Assembly: GCA_963702205.1 (NCBI GenBank)
Contig: OY969724.1
Location: 3,328,001-3,392,000 of the forward strand
Length of the DNA stretch: 64,000 nt
Source: an uncultured candidate division Zixibacteria bacterium
GTDB taxonomy: Bacteria; Zixibacteria; MSB-5A5; GN15; PGXB01
Reading direction: 5' to 3'
Positions 1 to 9,836 of this stretch are shown here, one piece after another (within the stretch, counting starts at the first letter, position 1; every line of letters begins with the position of its first letter). The position numbers and the translations under genes were made by a program. The notes beneath the pieces were generated by a model. That model worked only from the letters and a program-made list of their open reading frames with translations. It was not told where the DNA came from and made no database searches.

Positions 1-1062
1 ATCGGGCGTGTGAGCGAAATCTATGAGGATCGTAAACGGCTGACCGAAATCGACCGGCTGAAAACGACCCGGTATCGGAGACGCCGTCTTCAATGCCCGG
101 ACAATCGTATCGAAATCGACGCCCATGGCCCACGCCAGTGCGGCCGCACCCAGGGCATTGGTTATATTGTACCGCCCCGGCAGACGAATCACGGCATCGT
201 ACTCACCGTCGGGCGTAATCATCCTGAACTCCGTCCGGTCGGGGTAATATTTATGTCGGCCGATGGTAATGTCCGAAGGCTTCCCGGCCGCCGAGTACGT
301 CACCACCGGGCAAAGGGCGGTCTTAATAAATGTCCGGAACTCCGGGGCATCGTCATTGATAACCGCGCGCTTGTTGTCGCCGTCCAGTTTGTACATCAAT
401 TTTTGTTTGGCGCGAAGATATTCTTCCATCGTCTTATGAAAATCGAGATGATCCCGGCTGAATGTCATGAACAGGCCGCACTTAAAATTTATATTCTCTA
501 CCCGGTTCAGCACCAGTGCGTGCGAGGAAACCTCCACAACCGCGTGCGTACTTCCGGACTGTACCATTTCATACAGATATTTTTGCACATCGAGCGATTC
601 CGGTGTCGTACGGTCGGCTTTGTACTTCGTGGAGCCGGTGTCATACACCAACGAGTTGATCATACCCGTCTTGTGTCCGGCCGCCTTCAGGATATGCCCG
701 GTTAGCGCCACCGCCGTGCTTTTGCCATTGGTTCCGGTCACCGCGGCCACTTCGAGTTTGTTACCGGGATAATCATAAAAGGCCGCCGCCAGAGACGGCA
801 ACGCCGCACGCGGAGACTTGACCACCGCCAGCGGGGCGTTGACTTCAACTTTGGCGTCGGCCACGACCGCCACGGCGCCGTTCTTGACAGCCTGGGCAAT
901 GAATTGTTTACCGTCGAATTTGAATCCGGGAATCGCCACGAACAGATAGCCCGGCTTGACCTTCCGGGAGTCGTACTCGATCCCCTCTATTATGACGCCG
1001 CCGTCGCCGATGAGCAATTCCACGTCGACCGGTGCCAGTATGTCAGATAATTTTTTTTGCAT
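1..1062 (-). CDS. murE: UDP-N-acetylmuramoyl-L-alanyl-D-glutamate--diamino acid ligase MurE (3' end runs off the window)
   Basis: Not in the ORF track because its stop lies outside the window. ATG at 1062 reads MQKKLSDILAPVDVELLIGDGGVIIEGIEYDSRKVKPGYLFVAIPGFKFDG, with VTGTNGKST P-loop and DYAHT at the window edge. Follows ftsI. Confidence 0.93.
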   Translation of the reverse strand, partial: MQKKLSDILAPVDVELLIGDGGVIIEGIEYDSRKVKPGYLFVAIPGFKFDGKQFIAQAVKNGAVAVVADAKVEVNAPLAVVKSPRAALPSLAAAFYDYPGNKLEVAAVTGTNGKSTAVALTGHILKAAGHKTGMINSLVYDTGSTKYKADRTTPESLDVQKYLYEMVQSGSTHAVVEVSSHALVLNRVENINFKCGLFMTFSRDHLDFHKTMEEYLRAKQKLMYKLDGDNKRAVINDDAPEFRTFIKTALCPVVTYSAAGKPSDITIGRHKYYPDRTEFRMITPDGEYDAVIRLPGRYNITNALGAAALAWAMGVDFDTIVRALKTASPIPGRFQPVDFGQPFTILIDFAHTPD

Positions 1063-1065
1063 GTC

Positions 1066-3120
1066 TTATCCGGTGCCGCAAACGATCCGGCAATGGCTTT
1101 TGGCGCTCAGGCCCGAAAAAGCCGGAAGGCTCTGTTTGCGGACAATTCCGCTCCCCGAGATTTCATAAGTTATTCCCTGGAATGCAAGAAACGAAAGGGC
1201 TGCGCGCAGGTTTAAACCGGTCAGGTCGGCCATACGGGTCCGGCCGTTTTGGGTAACGACTATCACACGGGCCGGGCCGGCCGTTTCGCGTTCTGCCGGT
1301 GGATATTGCCATACTATTATACCCGTGGTGTCTGAAAAAGTCAGGTCGATCCCGTCCTCTTCGGCCATTTTTTGAGCCGACTCAAAGCTCCGGCCTACAA
1401 ACCTGGGAATCTCGAATGATTTGATGTTGTCATCATCGGCCACAAGATTGACCGACGGCAGCATTTGTTCAGGATTGGCTATGGCGAACCGTTCGGCGAT
1501 ATTGCGGAAAATGGGACCCGACGTCCATCCACCATAATGAATCGGCTCCGGCTGATTCAAAACCACTATCCCGGCGATCAGCGGATTGTCGGCCGGGAAA
1601 AAACCCCCGAACGAAGCGTTGAATTTATGCTTTTTGTATCCACCGTTAACCAGATCGACCACCTCGGCCGTGCCGGTCTTCCCGGCCAGCGTGATGACAT
1701 CGGACTTGGCCTTGGTCGCCGTGCCGTGGTCCACAACTCCCATCATAAATTCGCGCAGCAGCGAGGCGGTCTCTTCGTGCATAACCCGCGCCACCTTGTG
1801 AGTCGTCGTTTTCTTGATAAGCTGCCCCTCGCCGTTGATTATACCGCGTATGATTCTCGGCTGGTAGAGCGTCCCGCCGTTGGCAACCGAGGCGATCCCT
1901 GCGGCAAGCTGCAAGGGCGTCACGGCAATGGAGTGTCCGATTGACAGTGCCGCGATGTTATATTCCGACCATTCGCCCGGATTTCCGATTTGGCCGGTCG
2001 CCTCGCCGGGCAGATCTACATAAGTTTTTTGACCGAAACCGAATTTGCGAGCATTCTCGACCAGCTTCTCACCACCGAGACGGAGAGCCAGTTTGCCCAC
2101 GCCGATATTGCTGGAATATTCGAAAATTTCTCGGAAAGTCAGCGAATCGAGCTTTTTATCGTCACGCAGCGTCTTTCTGCCACAGTGCCAGAGCCCTTCT
2201 TCGCAATAAATTTTTTCATCGAGATCGACCAGCCCGCTTTCGATCAGCGCCGCCGCGGTGAAAATCTTGAAGACCGACCCCGGTTCGATGCAGTCGGACG
2301 CCGCCTTCAATTTCACCGAGTTGTTCTTTTCATCGCGGCTGTAATCGGCGGCAGCCAGAATTTCCCCGGTGTGGCAATCGAGAAAGACGGCAACACCATC
2401 GAGAGCGTTGTACTTCTCAACCCCGGCCTTGAGTTCTTCTTCGACGATTTCCTGAAGATACCAGTCGACCGTCAGGACAATGGAATTGCCGCCCACCGGG
2501 CGCAACAGCGGTATTTCCTTTATCTGGTATGTATTGCGCTGGCCGTCGCGCAAATAGTCAATCAACCCCGGCCGTCCGGATAAAACCGAATCGAAATTGT
2601 ACTCCAGACCGGAAATGCCGATACCGTCGATATCGGTACACCCCAGAAGCTGACACCCGGTCGAACCGAAGGGGTACTTCCTCTTGAATTCGCGGCGCAC
2701 ATAGAGGCCCGGAATACTATCACGGTCCAGGCGCGCTTCTTTATCCGGATCGAGGTCGCGGTCAATCCACGAAAATCTCCGGGGATCGAGATCGTAATTG
2801 CGCCGCGAAAATCCTGAATTATGATCGTAGATTTTATCCAGGTAATGATAAATTGAACGAATTTCTTTTTTATCCGATGGATACGCGAACAAGGCGTCGC
2901 GATAGACGTTGATCGCCACCTCGCGGCCGGTTCGGTCGAAAACGACCCCCCGTTCGGCGCGGATTTCTTTTTTCCCGGTGGATTGTCTTTTGGCAATATC
3001 GCTGTACCGGGAGCCGCGTATTATTTGAATCTGAAACAGCCGTCCCGCCAAAACCAAAAATGACAGTGTCACGATAGCCAGTATAACCACCGGGCGAATC
3101 TTGCTGAGATTATTTGGCAT
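1066..3120 (-). CDS. ftsI: Class B penicillin-binding protein FtsI with C-terminal PASTA domains
   Basis: N-terminal TM, RGVVFDRTG, GISGLE, EPGSVFK (SxxK), YSSN (SxN), GKTGT, two PASTA-like repeats; dcw context. Confidence 0.93.
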   Translation of the reverse strand: MPNNLSKIRPVVILAIVTLSFLVLAGRLFQIQIIRGSRYSDIAKRQSTGKKEIRAERGVVFDRTGREVAINVYRDALFAYPSDKKEIRSIYHYLDKIYDHNSGFSRRNYDLDPRRFSWIDRDLDPDKEARLDRDSIPGLYVRREFKRKYPFGSTGCQLLGCTDIDGIGISGLEYNFDSVLSGRPGLIDYLRDGQRNTYQIKEIPLLRPVGGNSIVLTVDWYLQEIVEEELKAGVEKYNALDGVAVFLDCHTGEILAAADYSRDEKNNSVKLKAASDCIEPGSVFKIFTAAALIESGLVDLDEKIYCEEGLWHCGRKTLRDDKKLDSLTFREIFEYSSNIGVGKLALRLGGEKLVENARKFGFGQKTYVDLPGEATGQIGNPGEWSEYNIAALSIGHSIAVTPLQLAAGIASVANGGTLYQPRIIRGIINGEGQLIKKTTTHKVARVMHEETASLLREFMMGVVDHGTATKAKSDVITLAGKTGTAEVVDLVNGGYKKHKFNASFGGFFPADNPLIAGIVVLNQPEPIHYGGWTSGPIFRNIAERFAIANPEQMLPSVNLVADDDNIKSFEIPRFVGRSFESAQKMAEEDGIDLTFSDTTGIIVWQYPPAERETAGPARVIVVTQNGRTRMADLTGLNLRAALSFLAFQGITYEISGSGIVRKQSLPAFSGLSAKSHCRIVCGTG

Positions 3121-3568
3121 CGAACAGTTCCTCGTTGGCGGCTTTGGATTCGCTCACGACCGGAAGATGGTCGGCGAATTTCTTGATGGACTCGACCACT
3201 TCATCGATACCGTCGTTTACGTCGAGCGAGCGGTCGACGGTCAGCGTGTACATATTTTCCGATTTGACCGGCGTCATATGCAGCTGCTCGGACGCGATCT
3301 TCTCAATTCGTGAGAGCCTGCTTAAATCTATTATTTCCGCCCGCTTCTTTTTCAGCGAGTCGTGTAGAGTCTTGTTTTCCTGTTCCATAGCCGAGACTTC
3401 GCCCACCAGGCCCATAACATAAACGTTCTGCCAGACCAGGATGCACGGCAGAAGGATCAAAGTCGCCGCCACCAGCACCGGCACGATAAAACGCGAAGAA
3501 ACAAGCTGCCTTAAAAAGCTGTGCTTAAGTTTATTGGTGTGACGATATCTATCTACAGATTCTTTCAT
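3110..3568 (-). CDS. ftsL: Cell division protein FtsL-like
   Basis: One TM, then coiled coil and LSRIEKIASEQLHM; lies between rsmH and ftsI. Confidence 0.8.
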   Translation of the reverse strand: MKESVDRYRHTNKLKHSFLRQLVSSRFIVPVLVAATLILLPCILVWQNVYVMGLVGEVSAMEQENKTLHDSLKKKRAEIIDLSRLSRIEKIASEQLHMTPVKSENMYTLTVDRSLDVNDGIDEVVESIKKFADHLPVVSESKAANEELFDAK

Positions 3569-3571
3569 TTC

Positions 3572-4528
3572 CTACATTGCCAGTTTCTCGGCGGCTCGGA
3601 GTTTGGCCGACGTGGAACGCGGGTTTTGGGTTGCTTCGGTTTCGGACGGAACGACGACTTTGCGGGTCAGGACCTTAAGGCTCGGCTTCCTCCCGCAAAC
3701 GCACATCGGGGTCTTGGGCGGACAGATGCACCCTTTGGCCTCCGCGGCGAAATACCTTTTGACAAGACGGTCTTCGAGCGAATGATAAGAAATCACGACC
3801 ACCCGCCCGCCGGGGATAAGGTGTTCGACCGCCGACTCCAGAGCCGTCTTGAGCTGATCCAGTTCATCATTGACTTCGATTCGTATCGCCTGGAAAATTC
3901 TCGCGAGCGATGCGTTGAGATGCCTGCCTGCCAATACCGGTTCGAGAATCTTCCGCAACTGCCCGGTAGTGGTCAGGCGGTTCTTCTCGCGAGCGTTGGC
4001 AATCGCTCGGGCGGCACGAGCCGCGCGCTTTTCTTCACCGTAATTTTTGAACAAGGCGGTCAATTCTTTTTCCGAATAGTTATTGACGATCTCGGCCGCC
4101 GTACGGGCCGCGCCGGTTCCCATCCGCATATCCAGCGGACCGTCGGACATGAACGAAAAGCCGCGATCCGGAGTGTCGATCTGATGCGAGGACACCCCGA
4201 GATCAAACAGGAATCCATCAGCTTGTGTGAGGCCAAGATCGGAAATCACGTCGTCCAACCGTGCGAATATATTGTTTATCAGCTTAAAATTCTGTTTTAT
4301 CGATTTCAGGTTTTCGCGGGCCGTTTCGATGGCCTCAGGATCGCGGTCAAGGCCGATCAGTTCTGCCTGAGCGTCGAGGTGCTTCGACAGACCCAGCAGG
4401 TGGCCTCCGCCGCCGCACGTGAGGTCAAAATAGACGCCGTCCCGACAGGTTATCAAATAGCTGATTACCTCGTCGAGCATCACCGGGCGGTGAAAGGGTT
4501 CACTACTCCTGCCGTTTTGGTGAGTCAA
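3572..4528 (-). CDS. rsmH: 16S rRNA m4C1402 methyltransferase RsmH (MraW)
   Basis: HRPVML, DLTCGGGGH, DLGVSSHQID, PLDMRM, FQAIRIEVNDEL, ISYHSLEDR, NPRSTSAKLR. Confidence 0.97.
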   Translation of the reverse strand: MTHQNGRSSEPFHRPVMLDEVISYLITCRDGVYFDLTCGGGGHLLGLSKHLDAQAELIGLDRDPEAIETARENLKSIKQNFKLINNIFARLDDVISDLGLTQADGFLFDLGVSSHQIDTPDRGFSFMSDGPLDMRMGTGAARTAAEIVNNYSEKELTALFKNYGEEKRAARAARAIANAREKNRLTTTGQLRKILEPVLAGRHLNASLARIFQAIRIEVNDELDQLKTALESAVEHLIPGGRVVVISYHSLEDRLVKRYFAAEAKGCICPPKTPMCVCGRKPSLKVLTRKVVVPSETEATQNPRSTSAKLRAAEKLAM

Positions 4529-4967
4529 ATAATTTTTCCGCTACCTCTTCATAACTCTGGCCGTATTCGTCCAGATAACCCAGATACCGATCCGGCTCCC
4601 ACAATTCGATCCATCGATAGGCGCCAATAACCAGCACTTCTTTGGCCAGCCCGGCGTCCTGCTGGAGATGGGCCGGTATCAAAAGTCGTCCCTGACGGTC
4701 CAGAGTGACCGACACAGCCGCCGAATGCAGCATCCGGCTGAAATACCTGAAATCCTTGCGAGTAAAGCTTAATGTGTCCAGCCTCTGCTGGATTTTCTCC
4801 CACTCGTCAGCGGGATAAAGAGCCAAACAGCCGTCAAGGCCTTTGGTCAGAATAAATGTCTCTTTGGTCATCTCTTTTTTGGATTCGGGGCGTAATTTTG
4901 AGGGAAGAGAGATTCTTCCTTTTGAATCCATTAAGGCTATAAATCGACCGAAGAAACCTTCCACCAA
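4503..4967 (-). CDS. mraZ: Division/cell wall cluster transcriptional repressor MraZ
   Basis: Two repeats MDSKGRISLP and LDRQGRLLIP, KGLDGCL, IELW; first gene of the dcw cluster. Confidence 0.96.
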   Translation of the reverse strand: MVEGFFGRFIALMDSKGRISLPSKLRPESKKEMTKETFILTKGLDGCLALYPADEWEKIQQRLDTLSFTRKDFRYFSRMLHSAAVSVTLDRQGRLLIPAHLQQDAGLAKEVLVIGAYRWIELWEPDRYLGYLDEYGQSYEEVAEKLFDSPKRQE

Positions 4968-4970
4968 GCT

Positions 4971-5037
4971 TCTCCCACTTTATTCCACTTTATTCCATTA
5001 TTTACCCCATTAAGTCACTTTTTTTTAAAAAAGTCAA
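4971..5037 (-). promoter_or_regulatory. dcw promoter with MraZ-binding direct repeats
   Basis: Minus strand reads TTGACT-17nt-CTTAAT, then ATGGGG/ATGGAA/GTGGAA/GTGGGA at about 10-nt period just upstream of mraZ, matching the known MraZ box arrangement. Confidence 0.75.
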
Positions 5038-5388
5038 GCCATAATTTTCAATATTTTTTTGTTATAACCCTTTAAAATTCAATGACTAAAAGAATTTGTT
5101 TAAATCATTTGGGGTAAGAAATTGGATTACATGCAGTTTTGATGACGACTTAAATGACTGACTTTAAATTAAAACTTCATGTCCTGCCTATAATGTATAG
5201 GCTATAGCCAATAATCTTTGATAATCCGGCTTTGATTAAACCGGCCCATGAAGGCTGCCGGCACTTTCTATCTTCCTCATTCTTAGGATGTTACATCGCA
5301 ATTTTGTGTCTTTTTTATCTTCCCGGCATGAGGGCAGGCCATATGCAGATTTAGTCTCTCGATTCAGGCTGAAACACGGAGGCTAAAA

Positions 5389-7725
5389 ATGAAAGAAAAG
5401 GCCCGATATTTAATATATTTCCTATTGGCATTTGGTACTTTTGCCGGCCTCTGCCGGGCGGGCACCCAGGTTATAGATTTTCCTGACTCCCATCTGACCC
5501 GAAGCGAAACGGGCTACCACTATACTCTCCAAAACTCCGACCGTTTGACAATCAACTCCGCCTTTTCACTCCCTGTCCGGACATATTATTTCGACATTTC
5601 CGGACAGCCGGATATGGCAAAACCTGTCGTAGCTTCGCTCGACCGAACCTTTCTCGGATTCATACCCGACAACTTGCGCGCGTTCGACAGAAAGCCCACG
5701 TCGGCGGAGACGGTTCACTTGGCCCCACCGGAACCCGAGGATTTATCCGATGTGATTTACGAATCTGATATAATTTCCATAGATGGCCGCAGCTACCTGC
5801 GCCTGTCCGTCCTGCCGGTTACGATGACCTCAAACGGCACGCTGCTGTTTAATACACGAATAGATTTGGACATTCCCGGTGTCGATGGCCCTATCATCTC
5901 CAAAAAACTTATTACCGATAAAATCACTCAAAGGGATGACAACACGCGCATACATTCAACTAATGCTTCATCCACCTATGGACTTCCACTCGGTTGTGAA
6001 TATGTCATTGTTACCACTCCCGCTCTCGACAGCGCCTTCAGCGATCTGGCCCGGTTCAAACGCCTGTCCGGGATGAGCACCGAAATCGCCCTGATAGATT
6101 CAATTTTCACCTGCTACAAAGGACTCGACAACGCGGCCAAGCTGAAAAATTATCTCATTGATTTCTACAACGCCGGCGGGCGTTATGTTCTTCTGGGCGG
6201 CGATGACAACCTCGTCCCCGTTCGGTATGTCTACTATTATAACGCCGTCTCCACGGTCAATCCCGACGACCTGATGCCGTCTGATTTATATTACGCCGAC
6301 GTCGACGGCGACTGGGATTTCGACGGCGACGGCATCTATGGGGAACCGGATCAGGACCATCCCGATATTTTGCCGGAACTGAAAGTGGGGCGCGTTCCGG
6401 TCGCGGCCGACAGCCTGGCGCGCCATTATGTCAACAAATTGATCGATTACTACACCAATCCCGGCGGCGGCGATTTCAGCTATTTGACTCGGACACTGTT
6501 TTTCACTGCCGACCAGATGCGGGACTATCCCGAGGGCGGTCAGCACGGGGTTATCGCGTCTCAAATCCCCGGCGATTTTGCGGTCGATACCACGACCGGC
6601 GTGGAATACCCCTCAGGCAACGACCCCAACCCCACCAATCCCGGAGGGCCGGAATGCATCGACAGCATCGCCGACGGATATGGGCTGATTCATATTCTCG
6701 CCCACGGGCGCACCGACGGCTTCATGGTTCGCTCGGCCAATTACGCCGAATCACCGGCATCATACATTTTGACTTCTCGCCAGATCGGCGGTCAGGGTTC
6801 GCTTTACACTCTTGAGGCCAACGGCAAAACGTCGGTGTACTATTCCCTCGCCTGCTATATGGGCGGCTTCGATCGCGATACCATCGGCGAACTGCCGTCG
6901 AACTGGTCGTTTGTGGAAAGAATTATCGGCCTTGAAAACTCCGGGGCGGTCGGCATGATTGCCAATACCCGCTGGGGCTGGGTTTATTCGAGCTACTTAC
7001 TGGAAAGCTCGTTTACCGCCCACCTGTTCGGCGACGCCGACGGCAGCCCGGTGACGGCCATGTATCTCTCATGGCAGGACTATCCATACTATCGCGACCT
7101 CGTTTACGGACAAAACTTCTACGGCGACCCGACTTTGATAATGTACCGTGAAGAGCCGGATTTCATGGAAGCAGGCGTCGACCCGCTTCAATACAACAAA
7201 TTAACCGTCAAATCAGGACGAAGCCACATCTCGGTAACCGGGGCTTCCGTTGTGCTGTCCATCGATGACGAAATTATCGAACAGGGCGTCACCAATGATG
7301 CCGGGGACTACTTTTTCTCCACCCCGCTTGTCAACAATGACGGGTACCTCCTGACCGTCGTCAAGGACGGTTTTACTATTTTACAGGATACTTTCGCTCC
7401 GTCTCTCATACTTGACAGCGATGACGATGACAACACGGTCGTGCCCGATGAATTCCGACTGGACCAGAACTACCCCAACCCCTTCAACCCCGTCACCACT
7501 ATTTCGTATACTTTGCCGCTACGCTCCGACGTTGTCCTCGAAATTTTCAATATTCTGGGGCAGCGGGTTTGGAATGAAATTATGTCCGGTCAGGCCGTCG
7601 GCTCGCACACGATCACCTGGGACGGCGTCAATCAGACCGAGCGGCCGGTTGCATCCGGGATATACTTCTACCGCGTTACCGCCGGTGAGTACAGCCAGAC
7701 GAAAAAAATGTTGATGTTGCGCTAG
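5389..7725 (+). CDS. Secreted C25 (gingipain-like) cysteine peptidase with FlgD/T9SS-type C-terminal domain
   Basis: GGAGG RBS, signal peptide, YVLLGGD, SDLYYADVDGDWD, VGRVP, AHG (His) and SLACYMG (Cys), FYGDP, C-terminal LDQNYPNPFNP...ASGIYFYR...KKMLMLR. Confidence 0.88.
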   Translation: MKEKARYLIYFLLAFGTFAGLCRAGTQVIDFPDSHLTRSETGYHYTLQNSDRLTINSAFSLPVRTYYFDISGQPDMAKPVVASLDRTFLGFIPDNLRAFDRKPTSAETVHLAPPEPEDLSDVIYESDIISIDGRSYLRLSVLPVTMTSNGTLLFNTRIDLDIPGVDGPIISKKLITDKITQRDDNTRIHSTNASSTYGLPLGCEYVIVTTPALDSAFSDLARFKRLSGMSTEIALIDSIFTCYKGLDNAAKLKNYLIDFYNAGGRYVLLGGDDNLVPVRYVYYYNAVSTVNPDDLMPSDLYYADVDGDWDFDGDGIYGEPDQDHPDILPELKVGRVPVAADSLARHYVNKLIDYYTNPGGGDFSYLTRTLFFTADQMRDYPEGGQHGVIASQIPGDFAVDTTTGVEYPSGNDPNPTNPGGPECIDSIADGYGLIHILAHGRTDGFMVRSANYAESPASYILTSRQIGGQGSLYTLEANGKTSVYYSLACYMGGFDRDTIGELPSNWSFVERIIGLENSGAVGMIANTRWGWVYSSYLLESSFTAHLFGDADGSPVTAMYLSWQDYPYYRDLVYGQNFYGDPTLIMYREEPDFMEAGVDPLQYNKLTVKSGRSHISVTGASVVLSIDDEIIEQGVTNDAGDYFFSTPLVNNDGYLLTVVKDGFTILQDTFAPSLILDSDDDDNTVVPDEFRLDQNYPNPFNPVTTISYTLPLRSDVVLEIFNILGQRVWNEIMSGQAVGSHTITWDGVNQTERPVASGIYFYRVTAGEYSQTKKMLMLR

Positions 7726-7727
7726 GA

Positions 7728-8585
7728 TTATTTGCGCAGGGATGCGAGCGCCGCGCGGATATACGCTCCTATATAAAGAAGCGGTGTCCACAAAATCAGC
7801 AGGAGTTTTTCGATAAGGCTCCTGCTGTATTTTTTGAAGTACAATATCATCGCCCGGTGGGATTCGACAATCAGCCGAGGTTTGTCTTTGCGGACGCTTC
7901 CCCCTTTGTAATGTTCGACTACTGCATCCGGATAGTACACATTTTTAAAATCCCCCTCACAGACCCTGCGGCAAAAGTCGACGTCGTTGAAAAATATTTT
8001 GAACCGTTCGTCGAACCGTCCGATCTTTTCTATCACCGCGCGGCTAACCATCAGCGCCGCCCCCATCGGCTGGTCGACTTCGCGTTCGCTTAGATGATCG
8101 AACCAGCCCATCCTCCATCGCCCGAACAAGCGCGATCTGGGAAATAAAAAGGCCAGACCGGTAAAATCGAACAGCAGATGGCGATATTTCGGAAAAGACC
8201 GGCAGGAATACTGAAGCTGGCCGTCAAAGCCGATCAGCTTCGGCCCGATAGTCCCGATTGACTTATCCTGTTCCATGCGCTCAGCGAGTTTCTCAATCGC
8301 TTTGCCCTGAATCCGGGTGTCCTGGTTCAAGATAAATACATATTCTCCGATGCATTTTTCCAGACCTTGATTGACCGCCAGTGCAAAACCGAGGTTTTGG
8401 CTGTTTTCAACGAGCGTAATACCAGGAAAGCGCATTTTGATTATATCAAGCGTTCCATCAGTAGAGCCATTATCGACGACTATTATTTCATAATCCGTAC
8501 CTTGAAGAGATTTCCGCACCGAAGTAAGGCAATCGCCAATGAACTCTTCACCATAGAAACTGACTATTATGATCGAATAGCGCAT
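7728..8585 (-). CDS. Glycosyltransferase family 2 (WbbL/rhamnosyltransferase-like)
   Basis: IIVVDNGSTDGT, NLGFA, ILNQD, GAALMV, FDERF..FFNDVDFC. Confidence 0.9.
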   Translation of the reverse strand: MRYSIIIVSFYGEEFIGDCLTSVRKSLQGTDYEIIVVDNGSTDGTLDIIKMRFPGITLVENSQNLGFALAVNQGLEKCIGEYVFILNQDTRIQGKAIEKLAERMEQDKSIGTIGPKLIGFDGQLQYSCRSFPKYRHLLFDFTGLAFLFPRSRLFGRWRMGWFDHLSEREVDQPMGAALMVSRAVIEKIGRFDERFKIFFNDVDFCRRVCEGDFKNVYYPDAVVEHYKGGSVRKDKPRLIVESHRAMILYFKKYSRSLIEKLLLILWTPLLYIGAYIRAALASLRK

Positions 8586-9836
8586 TTATCTTCCGGCTGT
8601 GATATTTTTGATTAACGAAGAATATTTCTGCACCATCGCGGTTGCGGTGTAATTTACGTATTGATTGTCGTCCGAAAAATCAATCGGACCATCAATTAAC
8701 TCAAACATCCTTCCCGCGGCCCACTCAAAATTAATAAAGTCAGTGACAATATTATTCTCACGCTTTTTTAATAATTCCGCCAGATCGGAATCGGGATGGG
8801 TTACCGCGAGAATCGGCTTACCCGATACCAGCATATCGAATATTCTGCCCGGCAGTATATGATATTCACCCTGATCTTGTACCGCGATATATAGGAGATT
8901 CGAATCGGCCAGTGACTCGATTGCCCTCTGATGCGAAAGATATCCGAGAAGCCTCACATTTTCTCCCAGATTGTACTTATGGGCTAACATAAGGACTTCT
9001 TCAGGATTGCATTTACCCGCATGCGTGACAAATATATTCTTCCTTAATTCAGAGCGGGATTTAATGACTTCGCTCAATATTGCAAATAGCGGCTCGATCG
9101 GTGTCAGGCGGCTGATGGTCCCCAAAACTCCGATTTTGAATTTGCTCTCATCTCCTTTGTCCCGGTTCTTCCAATAATCGATCACGCCGTCATCGGCGGC
9201 ATTGTATATCAGCTCGCCCCGTCCAAGGTATGATATGATGCTCTGGTTAACTCCAACGACCTCGTCGGCACTTCTGATTATCTTATCTTTCAACTCCCGG
9301 GCGAATTCGATCTGCGATTGACGGTGGTACACCTTTTCAATCGGCAGCGAATGCCAAAAATCCTGAAAATCCGCGATCCAGGGCAGATTGTATCTGGTTT
9401 TCAGCTTAAGTCCGATCATGTGCGTCGATGGCGGCGGGGACGTGGTAATAATGCACTTTATTTTGCACTTCTCGATAATCGAACGGGCGCTTCCGTGGGC
9501 AAAATAATTCCAGCCTCTCTTGAAGTCGGGTCGACGCAAAATCCCCGAAGAAAAAGTCCCGACGTCCGACTTACGAGTGATATTGCGAATTCCCGCCAGA
9601 TACAGCAAGCGCGACGGGTCCAATGACCCGGCCCGGTAAATTCGCGATGTATCGACGTCATCTAATAAGCTGTTATCGTACTCGGGATAGACGATGTTCT
9701 TAACCGTAAGTACATGCGGTGTTATATTGTACCGTTCGAGATATTTATAAAGCTCCAAAGCGCGCCAGACGCCCCCGAGCCCCAGCGGCGGGAAATAATA
9801 AGCGATCAGAAGAACATTGATTGGAGCATCAGGCAT
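8586..9836 (-). CDS. Glycosyltransferase family 4 (GT-B)
   Basis: IAYYFPPLGLGGVWR, TTSPPPSTH, PWIADFQDFW, PGRIFDMLVSGKPILA. Confidence 0.85.
   Translation of the reverse strand: MPDAPINVLLIAYYFPPLGLGGVWRALELYKYLERYNITPHVLTVKNIVYPEYDNSLLDDVDTSRIYRAGSLDPSRLLYLAGIRNITRKSDVGTFSSGILRRPDFKRGWNYFAHGSARSIIEKCKIKCIITTSPPPSTHMIGLKLKTRYNLPWIADFQDFWHSLPIEKVYHRQSQIEFARELKDKIIRSADEVVGVNQSIISYLGRGELIYNAADDGVIDYWKNRDKGDESKFKIGVLGTISRLTPIEPLFAILSEVIKSRSELRKNIFVTHAGKCNPEEVLMLAHKYNLGENVRLLGYLSHQRAIESLADSNLLYIAVQDQGEYHILPGRIFDMLVSGKPILAVTHPDSDLAELLKKRENNIVTDFINFEWAAGRMFELIDGPIDFSDDNQYVNYTATAMVQKYSSLIKNITAGR

Noticed and set aside
10..705. 231-aa plus-strand ORF
   Set aside because: Antisense shadow of murE, which has clear motifs on the minus strand.
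3521..4630. 369-aa plus-strand ORF
   Set aside because: Antisense shadow of rsmH; no recognisable motifs.
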